Shown here piece after piece: positions 1 through 13,232 of a stretch of DNA of 64,000 nucleotides. Origin of the DNA: Octopus sinensis (lineage: Eukaryota); assembly GCF_006345805.1 (NCBI RefSeq), contig NC_042998.1, positions 105,648,001 through 105,712,000 on the forward strand, given 5' to 3'. Position 1 is the stretch's first letter; every line of letters starts with the position of its first letter. The translations under genes were made by a program, and so were the position numbers. The notes under the pieces are model-generated. The model had not been told where the DNA came from. It searched no databases and worked only from the letters and a program-made list of their open reading frames with translations.

Positions 1-148
1 GGTCTGTGAAGCCGGAAGGCTTCATCAGGTCCAGTCAGATTTGGCAGTGTTTCTACGGCTGGATGCCCTTCCTAACGCCAACCACTCTGTGAGTGTAGTG
101 GGTGCTTTTTACATGCCACCTGCACAGGTGCCAGACAGAGCTGGCAAT
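1..148 (-). mobile_element. RTE LINE 3'-UTR fragment (truncated by window edge)
   Basis: ggctggatgcccttcctaacgccaaccactct...tgccacc matches the 3' region of the RTE copy at 40205-40620. Confidence 0.8.
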
Positions 149-195
149 CTTGTATATTAATTTGCATGTAGACTATGCCATTGTAACATGTGTGT

Positions 196-234
<39 letters not shown>

Positions 235-366
235 TGTGTTTAGGTATGCAAGTACTCCTGTACATTTCTATATGTCAAGAATGAGTTTAAATGCAAAAAC
301 AGCAAATATACGATAATTATATGATAATATAGAACTAAATGAATCTAGCCACATTTATCTCTACAT

Positions 367-609
367 CTTATTGCCCATCTCTTTATAAATCCCAATCATC
401 ATCATCATCGTTTAACGTCCACTTTCCATGCTAGCATGGGTTGGACGATTTTGACTGAGGGCTGGCAAACCAGATGGCCGCACCAGGATCAATATTAGAG
501 CTGTCTAGTTCACCAGCCCTCAGTCAAAATCGTCCAACCCATGCTAGCATGGAAGTGGACGTTAAACAATGATGATGAGGATTGGGATTATAAACAGATG
601 GGCAATAAG
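367..609. repeat. Inverted duplication (arms 367-465 and 513-609) including RTE 3' tail plus flanking DNA
   Basis: cttattgcccatct..tcccaatcatcatc..ctgagggctgg is mirrored by ccagccctcag..gatgggcaataag; loop about 47 nt. Confidence 0.9.
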
Positions 610-719
610 AATGCTTAGAAAGTTGTATATATACATATATGCAATTGTGTATTTGTATATGCATATGTATATATATGTTTCTATATACATACATGTGTGT
701 ATATTTGGATGTATGTATA

Positions 720-994
720 TGATGGACCCTCCCATTGAAGACACGTAGAGGCATTCAACTTTTGCCAAACGACCAGCATAAATGATTTTTTTATACTGAT
801 CAAATGTTTGTGCCACACATTAGCTCTCTCTCTCTCTCTATCAAATCAACTTTGTCTGAACAGGTGTACAGTGTACCATGCATCAAGTGTTGAAGTGATC
901 CCAAAGCAATGAAAGATGAAGCGGTTTACTCAAGAACACAATGCACCACCCAGTCTAGGAACTGAATTCTTGATCACTATATCGTGAGTACAAC

Positions 995-1000
<6 letters not shown>
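720..1000 (-). mobile_element. tRNA-derived SINE (family D), degraded
   Basis: Reverse complement has gtgttgtactcacgat..gttcctagactgggtggtgcattgtgttcttgagtaaac and a body resembling 60665-60905 and 28020-28370. Confidence 0.6.
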
Positions 1001-1034
<34 letters not shown>

Positions 1035-1158
1035 TATGTGAGAGGGCATAGCTTAGTGGTTAGGGTGTTGTACTCACGATATAGTGATCAAGAATTCAGT
1101 TCCTAGACTGGGTGGTGCATTGTGTTCTTGAGTAAACCGCTTCATCTTTCATTGCTTT

Positions 1159-1163
<5 letters not shown>
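898..1163. repeat. Perfect 103-bp inverted repeat (898-1000 / 1061-1163)
   Basis: Arms compared base by base are identical; (TA)n in the loop and after the right arm. Confidence 0.95.
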
Positions 1164-1209
<46 letters not shown>

Positions 1210-1216
1210 TATATAT

Positions 1217-1282
<66 letters not shown>

Positions 1283-1292
<10 letters not shown>

Positions 1293-2570
1293 AAGTATTA
1301 GACAAAATGAGATAACAAAGCCAAGGCTGTGAGGAGTTTTCAGGACATTTATGAGCAAAAGGATATAGATATAGTCTTACAGTTGATATCATGGATATCG
1401 TCTTCATCAGAAACGATGTGAGATGGTGAAATAGAGATAGATATTTGAGTTCGAAATAAGGAATTATTATGGAAACGGTGGATATGGGGAATACAAAGGG
1501 AAATAAGAGAATGAAAGTAGAAATAAAATATAAATTATATAAAGATATTGTAGTTTCAGTTCCATTAATCAAGGAAAGTTGTGTAAAGAAGTGGTAAAAA
1601 AGTTTCTTGTACATGGTATGTAAGTTGCAATAGTAGTTCATGTTTAGTCATCTCAAACTATGAAGCCATGGATTCTGTGTTGTTCATTCGAAAGGGTTTG
1701 TGGTGTGAATGAAAATTTGAGAATGTATCAGTAGTATTTGTGGATAGATGGTGGGGAGAGGCATGTATGATTAGAATGAAGAGATAGATCAAAATGAAAA
1801 TAGGAAGAAAAAATAGAGGAAGAAATAGGGGAAAAAAGTGAGAAAAATATGTGAAAACTGAGACCTTTGTACCCCATCTCTAACCTCTCCTCTGACAATA
1901 TTACCTTCTCCATTCCTGAAAATAATCCTCAAAGTACACCCACTTGTAACTGCCATCCTGGGTCCATCTACCCCCTGTAGAAGATCTAATGTAATTTATA
2001 AATTCACCATCCTCAACACATTACACAATTCTACTGCTATATATATATAGGGTCAACCATAAATTTTGAATAGTGATATGCCACTCATCTCAATTCTTTT
2101 AGATATGAGAAACACAGTAAATTAACAACACATGCCAGTCACATACATCATCTCAAAAATAGAAATATTCCCCACATTTTGTCATTGTCCATCATAGATT
2201 AAGGGCTTCCATACCAAAGTCAATGCTTAGCCTGTAAGTATGCCTAAAAGAGGTATTCCACATATTTAAACATAACTCCTCAACACTCCTAAATAAAAAC
2301 CACCAATTTTTCATACCTTCAAATTTTACCACAAGTCTAAATGCAACCTAAATAACCACACAGCATATATCCACAACACCCATTAGGTAATCCTAAACAA
2401 CCCTAATTGACTTTCCTTTATCTCCATCTTAATTTTTTAACTTTAATTTTTTAACTCCCATATCTTACTTTAAGGATTTCAGTCATTTAATACTAAATAT
2501 ATGGACATTCAAGTGGATACATGTGTGTGTGTAAATTTGTATATGTATGTGGGTTTATATATGTATGTGC

Positions 2571-2655
<85 letters not shown>

Positions 2656-3808
2656 TATATATACATATATATATATATACGTGTGTGTGTGTATGTATAT
2701 GTACATGCATATGTATATATAAATATATGAGTGAGTGTGTGTATGTGTATATATGTATGCATATACACCTATATGCATGTGTGCAGCATGTAACTGTGTG
2801 TAAGCCTGTGCATGTGCATGTATGTGTATATGTATGTATGCATATGCACAGATATATATGCCCATGTGTGCATGCATATGTATGTCATTATACCCATTTT
2901 CCACCTCTCTGATTCCTAACTATCACACTAACCTATACAATCACATAAGTCTATTTATAGAAAATTGACATACTTGTATTCTTCCCTCCACTTTAAATTT
3001 TACTACTAAAACCCCACCCTAACCTTTTGTCTAACCACCTCTTAATGCAAATCTATCACATCACCCCTACTCACATATCTCACACTTATTCACTCCTTAC
3101 CTTCTCATCTCTTCCTATCCTTCCCCACTCCTCTCCCATCCTCCCCTCACATTATCTTGACCACTAACTAAGACTCTTTTTTCACTTCTTTCACCCTGTC
3201 TTCACTCTTTCGCTATTTTCACATTTTTTCTCTCTTTTTTTTCTCACTTTTATTTTCTCTCTTTCTTCCTCTATTTTTCTTTTCCTATTTTCATTTTGAC
3301 CTATCTCCTCATTCTATTCATACACATCTCTCCCCACCATCTATCCACAAATACTACCAATACATTCTCAAATTTTCATTCACACCACAAACCCTTTCGA
3401 ATGAACAAAACAGAATCCATGGCTCCATACTTTGAAATGACTAAACATGAACTACTATTTTAACTTACATACCATGTACAGGAAACTTATTTACCACTTC
3501 TATACACCACTTTCCTCAAATAATATAACTGCAACTACAACATTTTTATACATTTTATATTTCATTTCTACTTTCATTCTTTTATTTTCCTCTATATTCC
3601 CTATATCCTCCTTTTCCATAATAATTCCTTATTTCAAACTCAAATATTTACCTCTATTTCACCATCTCACATCGTCTTTGATGAAGGGATATCCATAATA
3701 TTCCAGAAACAGCTGTAAGACTATATTTATATCTTTTTGCTCATAAATGTCCTGAAAACCCCTCACAGCCTCAGCTTTATTATCTCATTTTGTCTAATAT
3801 ATATATCA
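1283..3808 (+). mobile_element. Penelope-like element 3' part: decayed GIY-YIG end (about 1900-2330), low-complexity tail, terminal repeat (3265-3808) and inverted copy of it (1283-1850)
   Basis: Decayed frames read CNCHPGS..SNVIYKF..YIGST and HLKNRNIP..ACKVCLKEVFHIFKHNSSTLLNK; two long imperfect inverted arms; HHR-like motif in the terminal repeat. Confidence 0.7.
3674..3721 (+). ncRNA. Minimal type I hammerhead-like motif (core C3U mutated)
   Basis: gtct TTGATGA agggatat-ccata-atattcca GAAA cagct GTA agac: stem I gtct/agac, palindromic stem III ACAGCTGT. Confidence 0.7.
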
Positions 3809-3981
3809 TGCTAATAATATATATATTATTAGCTAATATAAGACCCGAATTAGACTCCTTACTTGTATCACTATTGAACCAAGAGTTTAACTTCAGTCTG
3901 TCTATAGCACTTACTAAGCGTTACCTGCCACTGTTTGGGTCTTCTACATACCAATACCTGTCATACCCTCGCTTATATATA

Positions 3982-4031
<50 letters not shown>

Positions 4032-4390
4032 CTGTGTATCCACAGAAAATGTAAAATTACTGAGGTTCTCATATGAAGATTATACCTCTTAAGGATAAAC
4101 TGTGTCCAAAAATACAAATTTATCATTTTCAAATGAAAATCATCCAGAAGTAGCAATGAAGATGCTAGATGTGCATTTCTGCCTCATTGAGCTTTGTCAG
4201 TTGCTTGTACTGCTGTCAATGACATGCTAAGGCACAATAAGTCACTACTGACATGACATAGGAAAAGAGTGACTGAACAATCAGAGGTGTTGTAGTTAGC
4301 TGTCCATCAGACAATATTAAAAAATAATATATGCAGCAGAAACAGTATTAGATTAAAATTGCCTTCTGTCCATCATAATTATTGTATGTC

Positions 4391-4601
4391 TCTTTTCTCT
4401 TTTTGTTTTACTTGTTTCAGTCATTTGACTGCAGCCATGCTGGAGCATCGCCTTTAGTTGAGCAAATCGATCTCCGGACTTATTCTTTGTAAGCCTAGTA
4501 CTTATTCTATTGGTCTCTTTTGCTGAACCGCTAACCTACAGGGGTGTAGGCACACCAGCATCAGTTGTCAAGCGATGTTGGGGGTGACAAACACTGACAC
4601 A

Positions 4602-4649
<48 letters not shown>

Positions 4650-4816
4650 CATACGACGGGCTTCTTTCAGTTTCTTTCTACCAAAGCCACTCACAAGGCT
4701 TTGGTCAGCCCGAGGCTATAGTAGAAGACACTTGCCCAAGGTGCCATGCAGTGAGACTGATCCTGGAACCATGTGGTTGGTAAGCAAGCTACTTACCACA
4801 CAGCCGCTCCTACACC
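4391..4816 (-). mobile_element. tRNA-derived SINE (family B)
   Basis: Reverse complement of the ggcgcaggagtggctgtgtggtaag...gactgaaacaagtaaaagag family seen at 10523 and 56502; central (CA)n/(TA)n. Confidence 0.9.
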
Positions 4817-5658
4817 TATGCTATATACATAACAAAAGTTTTAAAATTTACTGCAGTATTTGTTCAGAGATAATATTTCTTATGGGTGTACTGTGTTTAA
4901 AAACACAATTATATCAATAGCAGATCAAAATCGTCCAGTAATGTAGTTGTGAATAAAACTTCATAACCAGACAACTATGTCTGCACCTATTCATATTAAG
5001 GATGTTGTATTTCAGATAATCGTTATCTTGTGTTTATATCAACTCTTGACAGTAATTCTCAAATCATTCAAATTATAAGAGGGTAGGGTTGGGAATCTGT
5101 TGTTGTTTGTGAAACAAGAAAAAAATTGAAAGATTGAAAATCATGTTAGTGCAATTCACAGAAAATTTCTTATAGGATTGGCAACACAAACACTTGTACA
5201 GTGACTTTTTTAGACAATTGAAACAAAATGTTATTTTTATTTTACATACTTGTTTCCTTTACTTAAACATCATACACTCCACTAAATTTGAACTTAAAAA
5301 CATGAAATTAAACACGATTTTTTTTCTGTTTCGCTACAACCATAGAATATAAAGGTAAATAATACTAAAAGTGTTTTGACTAATTTCTTCATGATTCCCT
5401 TACTCTATTACATGTACATATATACATCTACGTGATTTATAGCCCCTCTGCACAATACAATTTTGTATTGTATGTTTGGTTTTGCAGCCAAATGAAAGGA
5501 ATGATATTGTTCATCTTCTTTGTTATCTTCTTCAGCACTTGCCATTGGTGTTCAGGGAAATTTTGGCCAGGGAATTTCTTTGATTATCCCGCGAGGTCAT
5601 CCTGTATCAGGAGAACTACATCGCTTTTATTCCCCCTCCTTTTTTTAACCTTTGTATA

Positions 5659-6520
5659 CGCGGTCTGATCAACAAGTATCAGGACTGTCGCTATAGTAAC
5701 GAAGCTAAAGCATACAGAGTAAATCCATTTGGCACAGATTGACCTTGAACTCTGCTGCACATGCACACTAAGTTTTAATGTTTTAGCTCACTTCCACTGT
5801 TTACAGTAGTACTTAAAACGAAGGTGTGTAGCATGTGATCGTCCCATTGACCATGACAGAGAAAGTTGCTATCGCAATACCTGGTCAGACACCAATGCAA
5901 TGTTGCAGAAAGAGTATGGAGAGGAGTGTATGAGCTGCACACAAGTGTACGAGGGGTTCAGATGTTTCGAAAATGGCCGAAAAATGTTGATATTGACGAA
6001 CGTTCTGGAAGACCCATAAAACTGAGTAAAACATTGCATATGTGCGTGCAACTGTGGGGGGAAATAATCGAATCACCATCTGTGAGTTATCAGAGGATGT
6101 TCAGATTAGTTACAATTCAGTTCAGTCCATTATCACTGAAGATTTGGGTATGAGATGCGTGTCTTGCAAGTTTGTGTCAAAACTGCTTTTAGCTGTGCAA
6201 AAAGACACTCGGGTTTCAGCTGCACAAGATTTTCTTGATTGTGTCGAGAACAATGAAAACTTTTTGAAAACCTTGTGTGGGCTTCTGAGAAGGTGTCACC
6301 AAGCTTTGACAAAATTTGATGCAGATTCTCTGCTCAACTTTCTCTGTTATGCTTAATGCGACGATCACACGCTAAACACCTTCCTTCAAAGCTCTGCTGT
6401 AAACATAACTTAGTGTACATGCATAGCAGAGTTCAAGGTCAATCTGTGGCAAGCAGCTTCAATCTGCGTGCTTTAGCTTCGTTACTATAGCAACAGTCCA
6501 GATACTTATTGATCTATCCC
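5659..6520 (+). mobile_element. Internally deleted mariner element with long imperfect inverted ends
   Basis: Ends cgcggtctgatcaacaagtatcaggactg / cagtccagatacttattgatc; about 130-bp inverted subterminal arms; ORF piece NNRITICELSEDVQISYNSVQSIITEDLGMRCVSCKFVSKLL is mariner HTH-like. Confidence 0.8.
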
Positions 6521-6849
6521 TAAATGTAGAGTAATGATTAGAAAGTCTTTTAGATAACTGAGAAGATGAACTGCCTATATAAGAAATACTTCGTTACCAG
6601 AAGTAATTTTACACTGGTATATAGAATTTTTTAATTTTAGAATTACTTGACATAAACTTGATTCTATTGTAATTGACTTCAGATGCAATAACCTTGTTAT
6701 TAATATTTCTAGGGGGATAGATCGTATTAGCTAAATGAATGTTAATATTAGTAAATGTATCCCTATTGAACAGACTAATACTATGTGATTAGATAATTTG
6801 TGTGTTGGAAAAAATCAATCCTAACTGTGTGAGAGTTGATAATAGAGTA

Positions 6850-7715
6850 ATTCTTTGGAAAATTCCTAATAATAGCTTCACAAAACTGCAAAGGCAGATT
6901 AGATTTAATTTGCATCCCGAATAATTAACCAAATGGTTTTACTATTAGTTACCTTATTTTCAGTGTAACTATCTTTGAAAAACATAGATTTACCTGTAGA
7001 ACGAAAATAGGGATAATGAAGTATTTTTATACAGAAAGCTCATCTTCTCAGTTATCTAAAAGAATTTCTAATCATTACTCCACATTTAGGGATAGGAATA
7101 AACATAACAGTACAGGGCTTAGTAAATTAATTTGGTATCTAAAAGACCACAATAAACAATTTAATTTAGATTGGTTGATTCTTTCAGTCTCGATACCTTA
7201 TGACAAAGGCAAGGAATTCTGTCTTCTCTGTAATTCTGAACTACTTTTTATTCTTTTTTCTAAAAATCCCCTTGTAAACACAGTTATAGAGTGTGCATAC
7301 CGATGTAAACATTGGCAGAAACACACCTTTAGTTCACATAAGTGATATCTATCATTATATATAATTTAAACATTAATTTTCTTCTTACATTTCACAGTCA
7401 CTAGCTATATCTTTTTCCAAGTCTATATGGTTTTATTTAATATACATATAGTTATATACTTCTCATTTAATTGCTTTTTTTACCCTCCTCTTTCTATAGG
7501 CTACCTTTGACGTTATATCTTCTAACGTTTTTTGAAACAATATTAATAGCGTTTGTTAATCACTATACATATCCATCATTTTCTGTTAAAATGTCTTATT
7601 GACGAGTTTCATTTCTTCATTTCCCTGAAGAGAAGATGGCATTATTTTACACCATTTTATTCCATTAGTGATATCTTCGAAATGTGTCAGAAGTAAAAGA
7701 ATTTGAATAACACCT
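6850..7715 (+). mobile_element. Penelope-like element 3' part (GIY-YIG C-terminus plus terminal repeat)
   Basis: ORF 7016-7345 LSKRISNHYSTF..STGLSKLIWYLKD..IPYDKGKEFCLLCNSELLFIL..LVN fits the PLE GIY-YIG C-terminal pattern; ends in an HHR motif. Confidence 0.8.
7616..7697 (+). ncRNA. Type I hammerhead ribozyme motif with intact core
   Basis: CTGAAGA (7625-7631), stem II gaagat/atcttc with 35-nt loop, GAAA (7679-7682), GTC triplet (7686-7688); stem I has 5 pairs after one C-A mismatch. Confidence 0.7.
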
Positions 7716-7727
7716 GCGTTTAACTCC

Positions 7728-7768
<41 letters not shown>

Positions 7769-7772
7769 CATA

Positions 7773-9025
7773 CAGGGGTTGGACAAAATAATGGAAACAA
7801 CTTAAAATTTCAAATTAATTTATTTTAATATGGGGTAGGACGACCTTTTGGCGGTAATTACAGCTTGAATTCTATGAGGTATGGACTCGTACAAAGTTTG
7901 AATTGTTTCCAAAGGAATTTTTGTCCATTCTTCAGCTAAAACAGTCTCCAGTTCTTGTAGTGATGATGGTGGAGGATATCGATTCCTTACTTGTTTTTCT
8001 AAAATGCACCATAAATGTTCAATAATATTGAGATATGGGGACTGTGGTGGCCAGATAAGATGTTCACCTTCACTAGAATGTTCCTCGTGCCATTCAGTAA
8101 CAACTTTAGCTGTGTGAATTGGTGTATTATCATCCTGAAAGATTGTGTTTTCCTCCAGAAACAGTTCTGCAAACATAGGATGAATTTGATCAGATAAAAT
8201 GCTTAAATAGTCTTGACTATTAATTCTGCCATGAAGGCAAACCATTGGGCTGGCGGATTTCCAAGCTATAGCTGCCCAGATCATCACAGATCCTCCTCCA
8301 AATTTAACAGTTGGAAGAAGGCAGTCTGGGTCAAATGCTTCTTTTGGCTCTCTCTACACATACTCAGCCGGTGGTCAGAAATAAGGTAAAGGATTAATCA
8401 TCCAAGAAAATAACATTCTTCCACTGCTCTAGGGACCAATTCTGTAGGTTTTTACTCCACTGTAAATGCTTTGCAACCTTTGTTTTTGAAAGTAGTGGTT
8501 TTCTGATTGCAGCCCTCCCATGAAATCTGGCTTTGTGTAGCTTCCAGCGAACAAATTTTGTGGAAATTGGGTTCTCAAGATGGTCATTAAGCTCTGCAGT
8601 AATTTTGGTAGCTGCACTTTTGTGATCCCTTCTAACAATTTGCATAAGAGTCTGTCGCAGTCCCTATCTGAAAGTTTTGGATTCTTCTGAAGTTTTGTTT
8701 CGACGAGGAGGTTTTCCCAATTTCTGAGAGGCTGCTATTACTTTCGAGACAGTAGTTCTTGATACACCAACCATTTTGGCTGTTTTCATTACCCTAATGC
8801 CTGCCATATGAGCTCCAACAATTTTACCTCGTTGAAAGTCTGATAGATCTCTCATTTTAATTACCTTTTTCTGATGATATCTGAAAAGGAACAGCAATTT
8901 TAGCAAAACATATTAAGCAACACTAATAATAAATCAAAAGCATAAAAATAAACAAGCTTTTGACAGTTTTATAGATATTTCAAAATTATGAATCTAGGTG
9001 TTTCCATTATTTTGTCCAACACCTG
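7773..9025 (-). mobile_element. Full-length Tc1-like DNA transposon with frameshifted transposase
   Basis: About 27-bp TIRs cagg(g/t)gttggacaaaataatggaaaca, TA at both ends; ORF pieces 8664-8906, 8394-8645 and 7820-8287 with FQDDNTPIH and WPPQSPYLNIIEHLW (DD34E type). Confidence 0.95.
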
Positions 9026-9062
<37 letters not shown>

Positions 9063-9064
9063 AT

Positions 9065-9290
9065 ACACACACATATATGGGTACAGACATCACCAACGGT
9101 GCAAATAACATGGAATACGTAAACAAACTAGGGAAAAATGAGTGAAATATTTAAACAATGAGAAAAAATGGAAAATAGTACAAGTTAACACAGAGAAAGG
9201 ATCCTTCGTCATTTGTCAGCTGTCTATCAACTCCTCATTTCGAACATTCAACGACAGTATGAATCTTCAAAGACAGTTGCTCTCATAAAT
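9065..9290. repeat. Interspersed repeat resembling the arms at 35835-36225; unclassified
   Basis: Shares gggtacag(g)acatca start and cctt..gtcagctgtc..tatc motifs. Confidence 0.4.
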
Positions 9291-10522
9291 TCTAAAGTAA
9301 AATTTGGGATTTATGGGGGGTCAAAGTTAGGAACAAAAAGAATGACAGAGGAGACACGCAAGGAAACCAAAAGAAAGCATATATATATGTGAGTGTGTGT
9401 GTGTGTTTATGTGTGTGTGTGCGTGTGTGTGTATATATATGTGTTTGTGCTTGTGTGTGTGTGTGTATGTGAGTATGCATGTGTGTATATGTGTGTATGC
9501 ATGTATGTATATATGTGTGTTTGTGTGTTTGTGTGTGTATGTGTGCTACTGTCTCTTGGCTTTGAGAATAGTATGGTAGTTTTAAGCAAGTGTCACTGTC
9601 ATACAAGTGGCCTCCTTTGTTGCTAATCTCTCATGAAAACATGTCTGGTCATGTGGAATTATAGCCACATTTAGAAGCAGGTGAAGATTGGCAACAGGGA
9701 GGGAATATGGCTATAGAAAATTCGCCTCAACAAATTTGGTCCTACCCATGGAAGCATAGAAAGTGGATGTTAAAATGATGTTGATCAATGGCGATATGTA
9801 TGCATGTATGTGTGCTTATGTGTATGTATCTATCTGTCTCTCTCTCTCACTATCTATTTACCTGTCTATCTACCTATTTATATGTGTATGTGTGTGTGTG
9901 TATATATATATATACACCTCTGTGAGTGCATGTGCATGTGTGTGAATGAGCATATATATATGAGTGTATGTATATGACCATATATATATGCATCTGTATA
10001 TACACACATACACACACACACATATGTATACATATATGTTATGCTTATATTGTAAATAAAGAAGTCATCAATAATGTAAATTTCTGTTTTTTCTTGTATT
10101 AGATGACATTTATTTCAATATATCACCTATTTCAAATAAAAATTTCTGCATGGTTAACAACTTCTGCACACACAATATTTCATTTAAAAATGCTTCTATC
10201 AATTTTTTAAAAACCAAATGACTTGTGTGTGTGTATTTGTGTCCATGTGTGTGCATACATATGTATGTGTGTGTATGGTTGTGTGAATATGTGTATATGT
10301 ATAGATTATATTTATTTACCATCATCCACCCTTCCATGCCAATATTATCTGGACAGCTTTTCTATGGCAATAATTTATAACTGGATGCCTTCTTGCTGAC
10401 ATGTATTTATATCTGTCTATCTATCTGTTCATCTGTCTGTCTGTCCCTCACTCCTTTCTCTCTCTGTATATACATATATATGTATATATACATGCATATA
10501 TACATATATATGTATATATACA

Positions 10523-10920
10523 TGTGCAGGAGTGGCTGTGTGGTAAGTAGCTTGTTTACCAACCACATTGTTCCGGGTTCAGTCCCACTGCGTGGCACCT
10601 TGGGCAAGTGTCTTCTACTATAGCCTCGGGCCGACCAAAGCCTTGTGAGTGGATTTGGTAGACGGAAACTGAAAGAAGCCCGTCATATATATGTATATAT
10701 ATGTATGTGCGTGTATGTTTGTGTGTCTGCATTTGTCCCCCTAACATTGCTTGACAACCGATGCTGGTGTGTTTATGTCCCCATCACTTAGCGGTTCGGC
10801 AAAAGAGACCGATAGAATAAGTACTGGGCTTACAAAGAATAAGTTCCGGGGTCGAGTTGCTCGATTAAAGGTGGTGCTCCAGCATGGCCGCAGTCAAAAT
10901 GACTGAAACAAGTAAAAGAA
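10523..10920 (+). mobile_element. tRNA-derived SINE (family B), full length
   Basis: Head with ggttcagtccc B-box-like motif, central microsatellite, tail gactgaaacaagtaaaag. Confidence 0.92.
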
Positions 10921-11525
10921 AAAAAATATATATATATATACACATACATACATACATACATATATATGGGTATATATATATAGGCATATAATAGTCATAC
11001 AATATAGTGTATATTTAAACACATAAGGAATCCACTTATAGGGATTCTACATGCTAGAAAGAACAGCTAGGTTCTATAACCACAAAAATTGGGGATAAAA
11101 TTCGACAGGAATAAATTTGGAAATAAAAAACATTTACCATCTAGTTTCCTGGAACCATTGGTTTCTGATCTTCTTTTAGCAAGTCAAGGAAAACTCACTG
11201 GGTGTGATCTTCTTCAGCAGTTCCAACCTATGGTTAAACATATACACACGAAACAAACAAAACTACTTGTTTCATGTTTATATGAACTAACTTTTCAAAT
11301 TTTACTGCACAGTCGCAGTCCTTTGCTGGCTATAATAAAAACCACCAATGTTTAACTGAAAATTATCCAAAATCTTTTTTGGATAATTTTCGGATAAAAG
11401 ACAGCAGCTCACCTTTGAGGTACAGATACAGGATGAGTCAAAACAATTGTAGTGGATTGGAAAAAAAAAAAGAATCTTGTGAACTCCATTTTCTATCTCT
11501 GAGCTTTATATATAATATTTTCATC

Positions 11526-11690
11526 ACCATCATCATCATCATCATCATCATCATTTATCTTCTGTTTTCCATGCTAGCATGGGTTAGACAGGGCAACTGA
11601 AGCTGGTAAGCCAAAGAACTACACCAGACTCCAGGCATCTGTTTTAGCTTGGATTCTAATGCTTGATGCCCTTTCTAATGCCAACATATC
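11526..11690 (-). mobile_element. RTE LINE 3' tail fragment
   Basis: (CAT)n followed by ttttccatgctagcatgggttagac. Confidence 0.75.
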
Positions 11691-12171
11691 TTTTTCTTTC
11701 GTAACTTTGTTTTTTCTTCTAGGTAGAATATTGACCCTACATAAGCCCATATTTACCTTTGGGAAGAGGTGGTCCTTGGCTGTCATGGGAAGCCTTAGCA
11801 GGAGCTTGTGCTCTGCTCACTTAGCTCTCAGGATCACCAAAGCACACTACAACAAGGACTGATCCTTGTGGTGATTGCAACAGTATGGACTGTTAAAAGT
11901 GTCCAACCACCAGGAGGTAGAGTTCAGCCAAACATAAGATTAAGTCAATAAGGCAGATTCTATTAGTTTTTTCTACCTTCTTTTACTCATATATTTTGGC
12001 TCACCTGACAGTAATGGTGGAAGACGTATGTTCAAGATCTACAGAACAGGGATATAGAAACTGGAGCCACATAACTATAAAGTTTATTTCTTAGCTACAT
12101 CGTAATATATCTGTAACAATATATTAAGACGCAGTATGTCACATTTGCTCATCAATATAGAAAACAGTTTA

Positions 12172-12390
12172 AGGTGATGAGCTGACAGAATCATTAGTAT
12201 GCTTGGCAAAATGCTTAGTGGCATTTTGTTCATCTTTGCATTCTGAGTTCAAATTCCACTGATGTTGACTTTACCTTTCATCTTTTCAGGGGTGATAAGA
12301 CAAGTACTAGTTGAGCACAGGAGTCGATATAATTGACTTTCCCTGTCCCCCAAAATTCCTGGCCTTGTGTCAAAATTTGAACCCAATATA
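12172..12390 (+). mobile_element. tRNA-derived SINE (family C)
   Basis: ggtgatgagctgacagaatcattag..ttctgagttcaaattcc..ttgactttacctttcatc; inverse copies at 46015 and 53115. Confidence 0.8.
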
Positions 12391-13167
12391 AAAAAGAGTT
12401 AAGACGTTTTATTTCTACTGCTCAGCAACTACTATCTAGCATAATGACATATACTTCTGCAACATACATCTTCCCATCATTGTACATAGTTAATACAATA
12501 GCTTCAAAAATTAAATTAACTTTGTATGAATATTTGATAACCTTTCTGAAGACAACTAAGTTAAACTTTAACACATTGAGAACATTTTAACCATTTTCCT
12601 TTAAGCTGAAAGAAGCAAGACATGAAAACAGATATAAATGGGAGTGGTAAATATTTTGAAGTACCAAGTAAAATGAAGAACATTGCTTCACTTCACCAGG
12701 CACTGGAATAATGGAATAATGGCAAATCCTTTAAACGCTGATAATCCTGAATTATTTTCAAATTTCTAAGAAGTTCACTAAATGCTATTCAATATTAACA
12801 ATACATCTCATTCATCTCAGCCTTCATATATATGCATACATGCATACAGACAGACACACACGCATATATGCATGTGTGTATATAAATATATATATATATG
12901 TCTGTGTGTGTGTATGTGTGTGTGTATCTATGTATGTATAAATATATATCTACACACACACGCACACACATATATATATACATATATATACATATATATA
13001 AACACATATATACATATCTATGTATACATGTTTATATATATATACATATATATTTTAACATATATATATACATGTTTATATATGTTCATATGGTGATAGA
13101 TATATAGATAGACAGACATATAGATAGATAGATAAATAGATAGATAGAGAGATAGATATGTGCATAT

Positions 13168-13232
<65 letters not shown>

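Noticed and set aside
10523-10610. tRNA genes at SINE heads (also 18858 and 56502)
   Set aside because: A and B boxes are present but there is no complete cloverleaf, and the heads continue into SINE bodies.
11199-11227. Minus-strand 29-nt exon candidate (LELLKKITP or VGTAEEDHT)
   Set aside because: Good splice sites but isolated, with no recognisable homology or partner exons.
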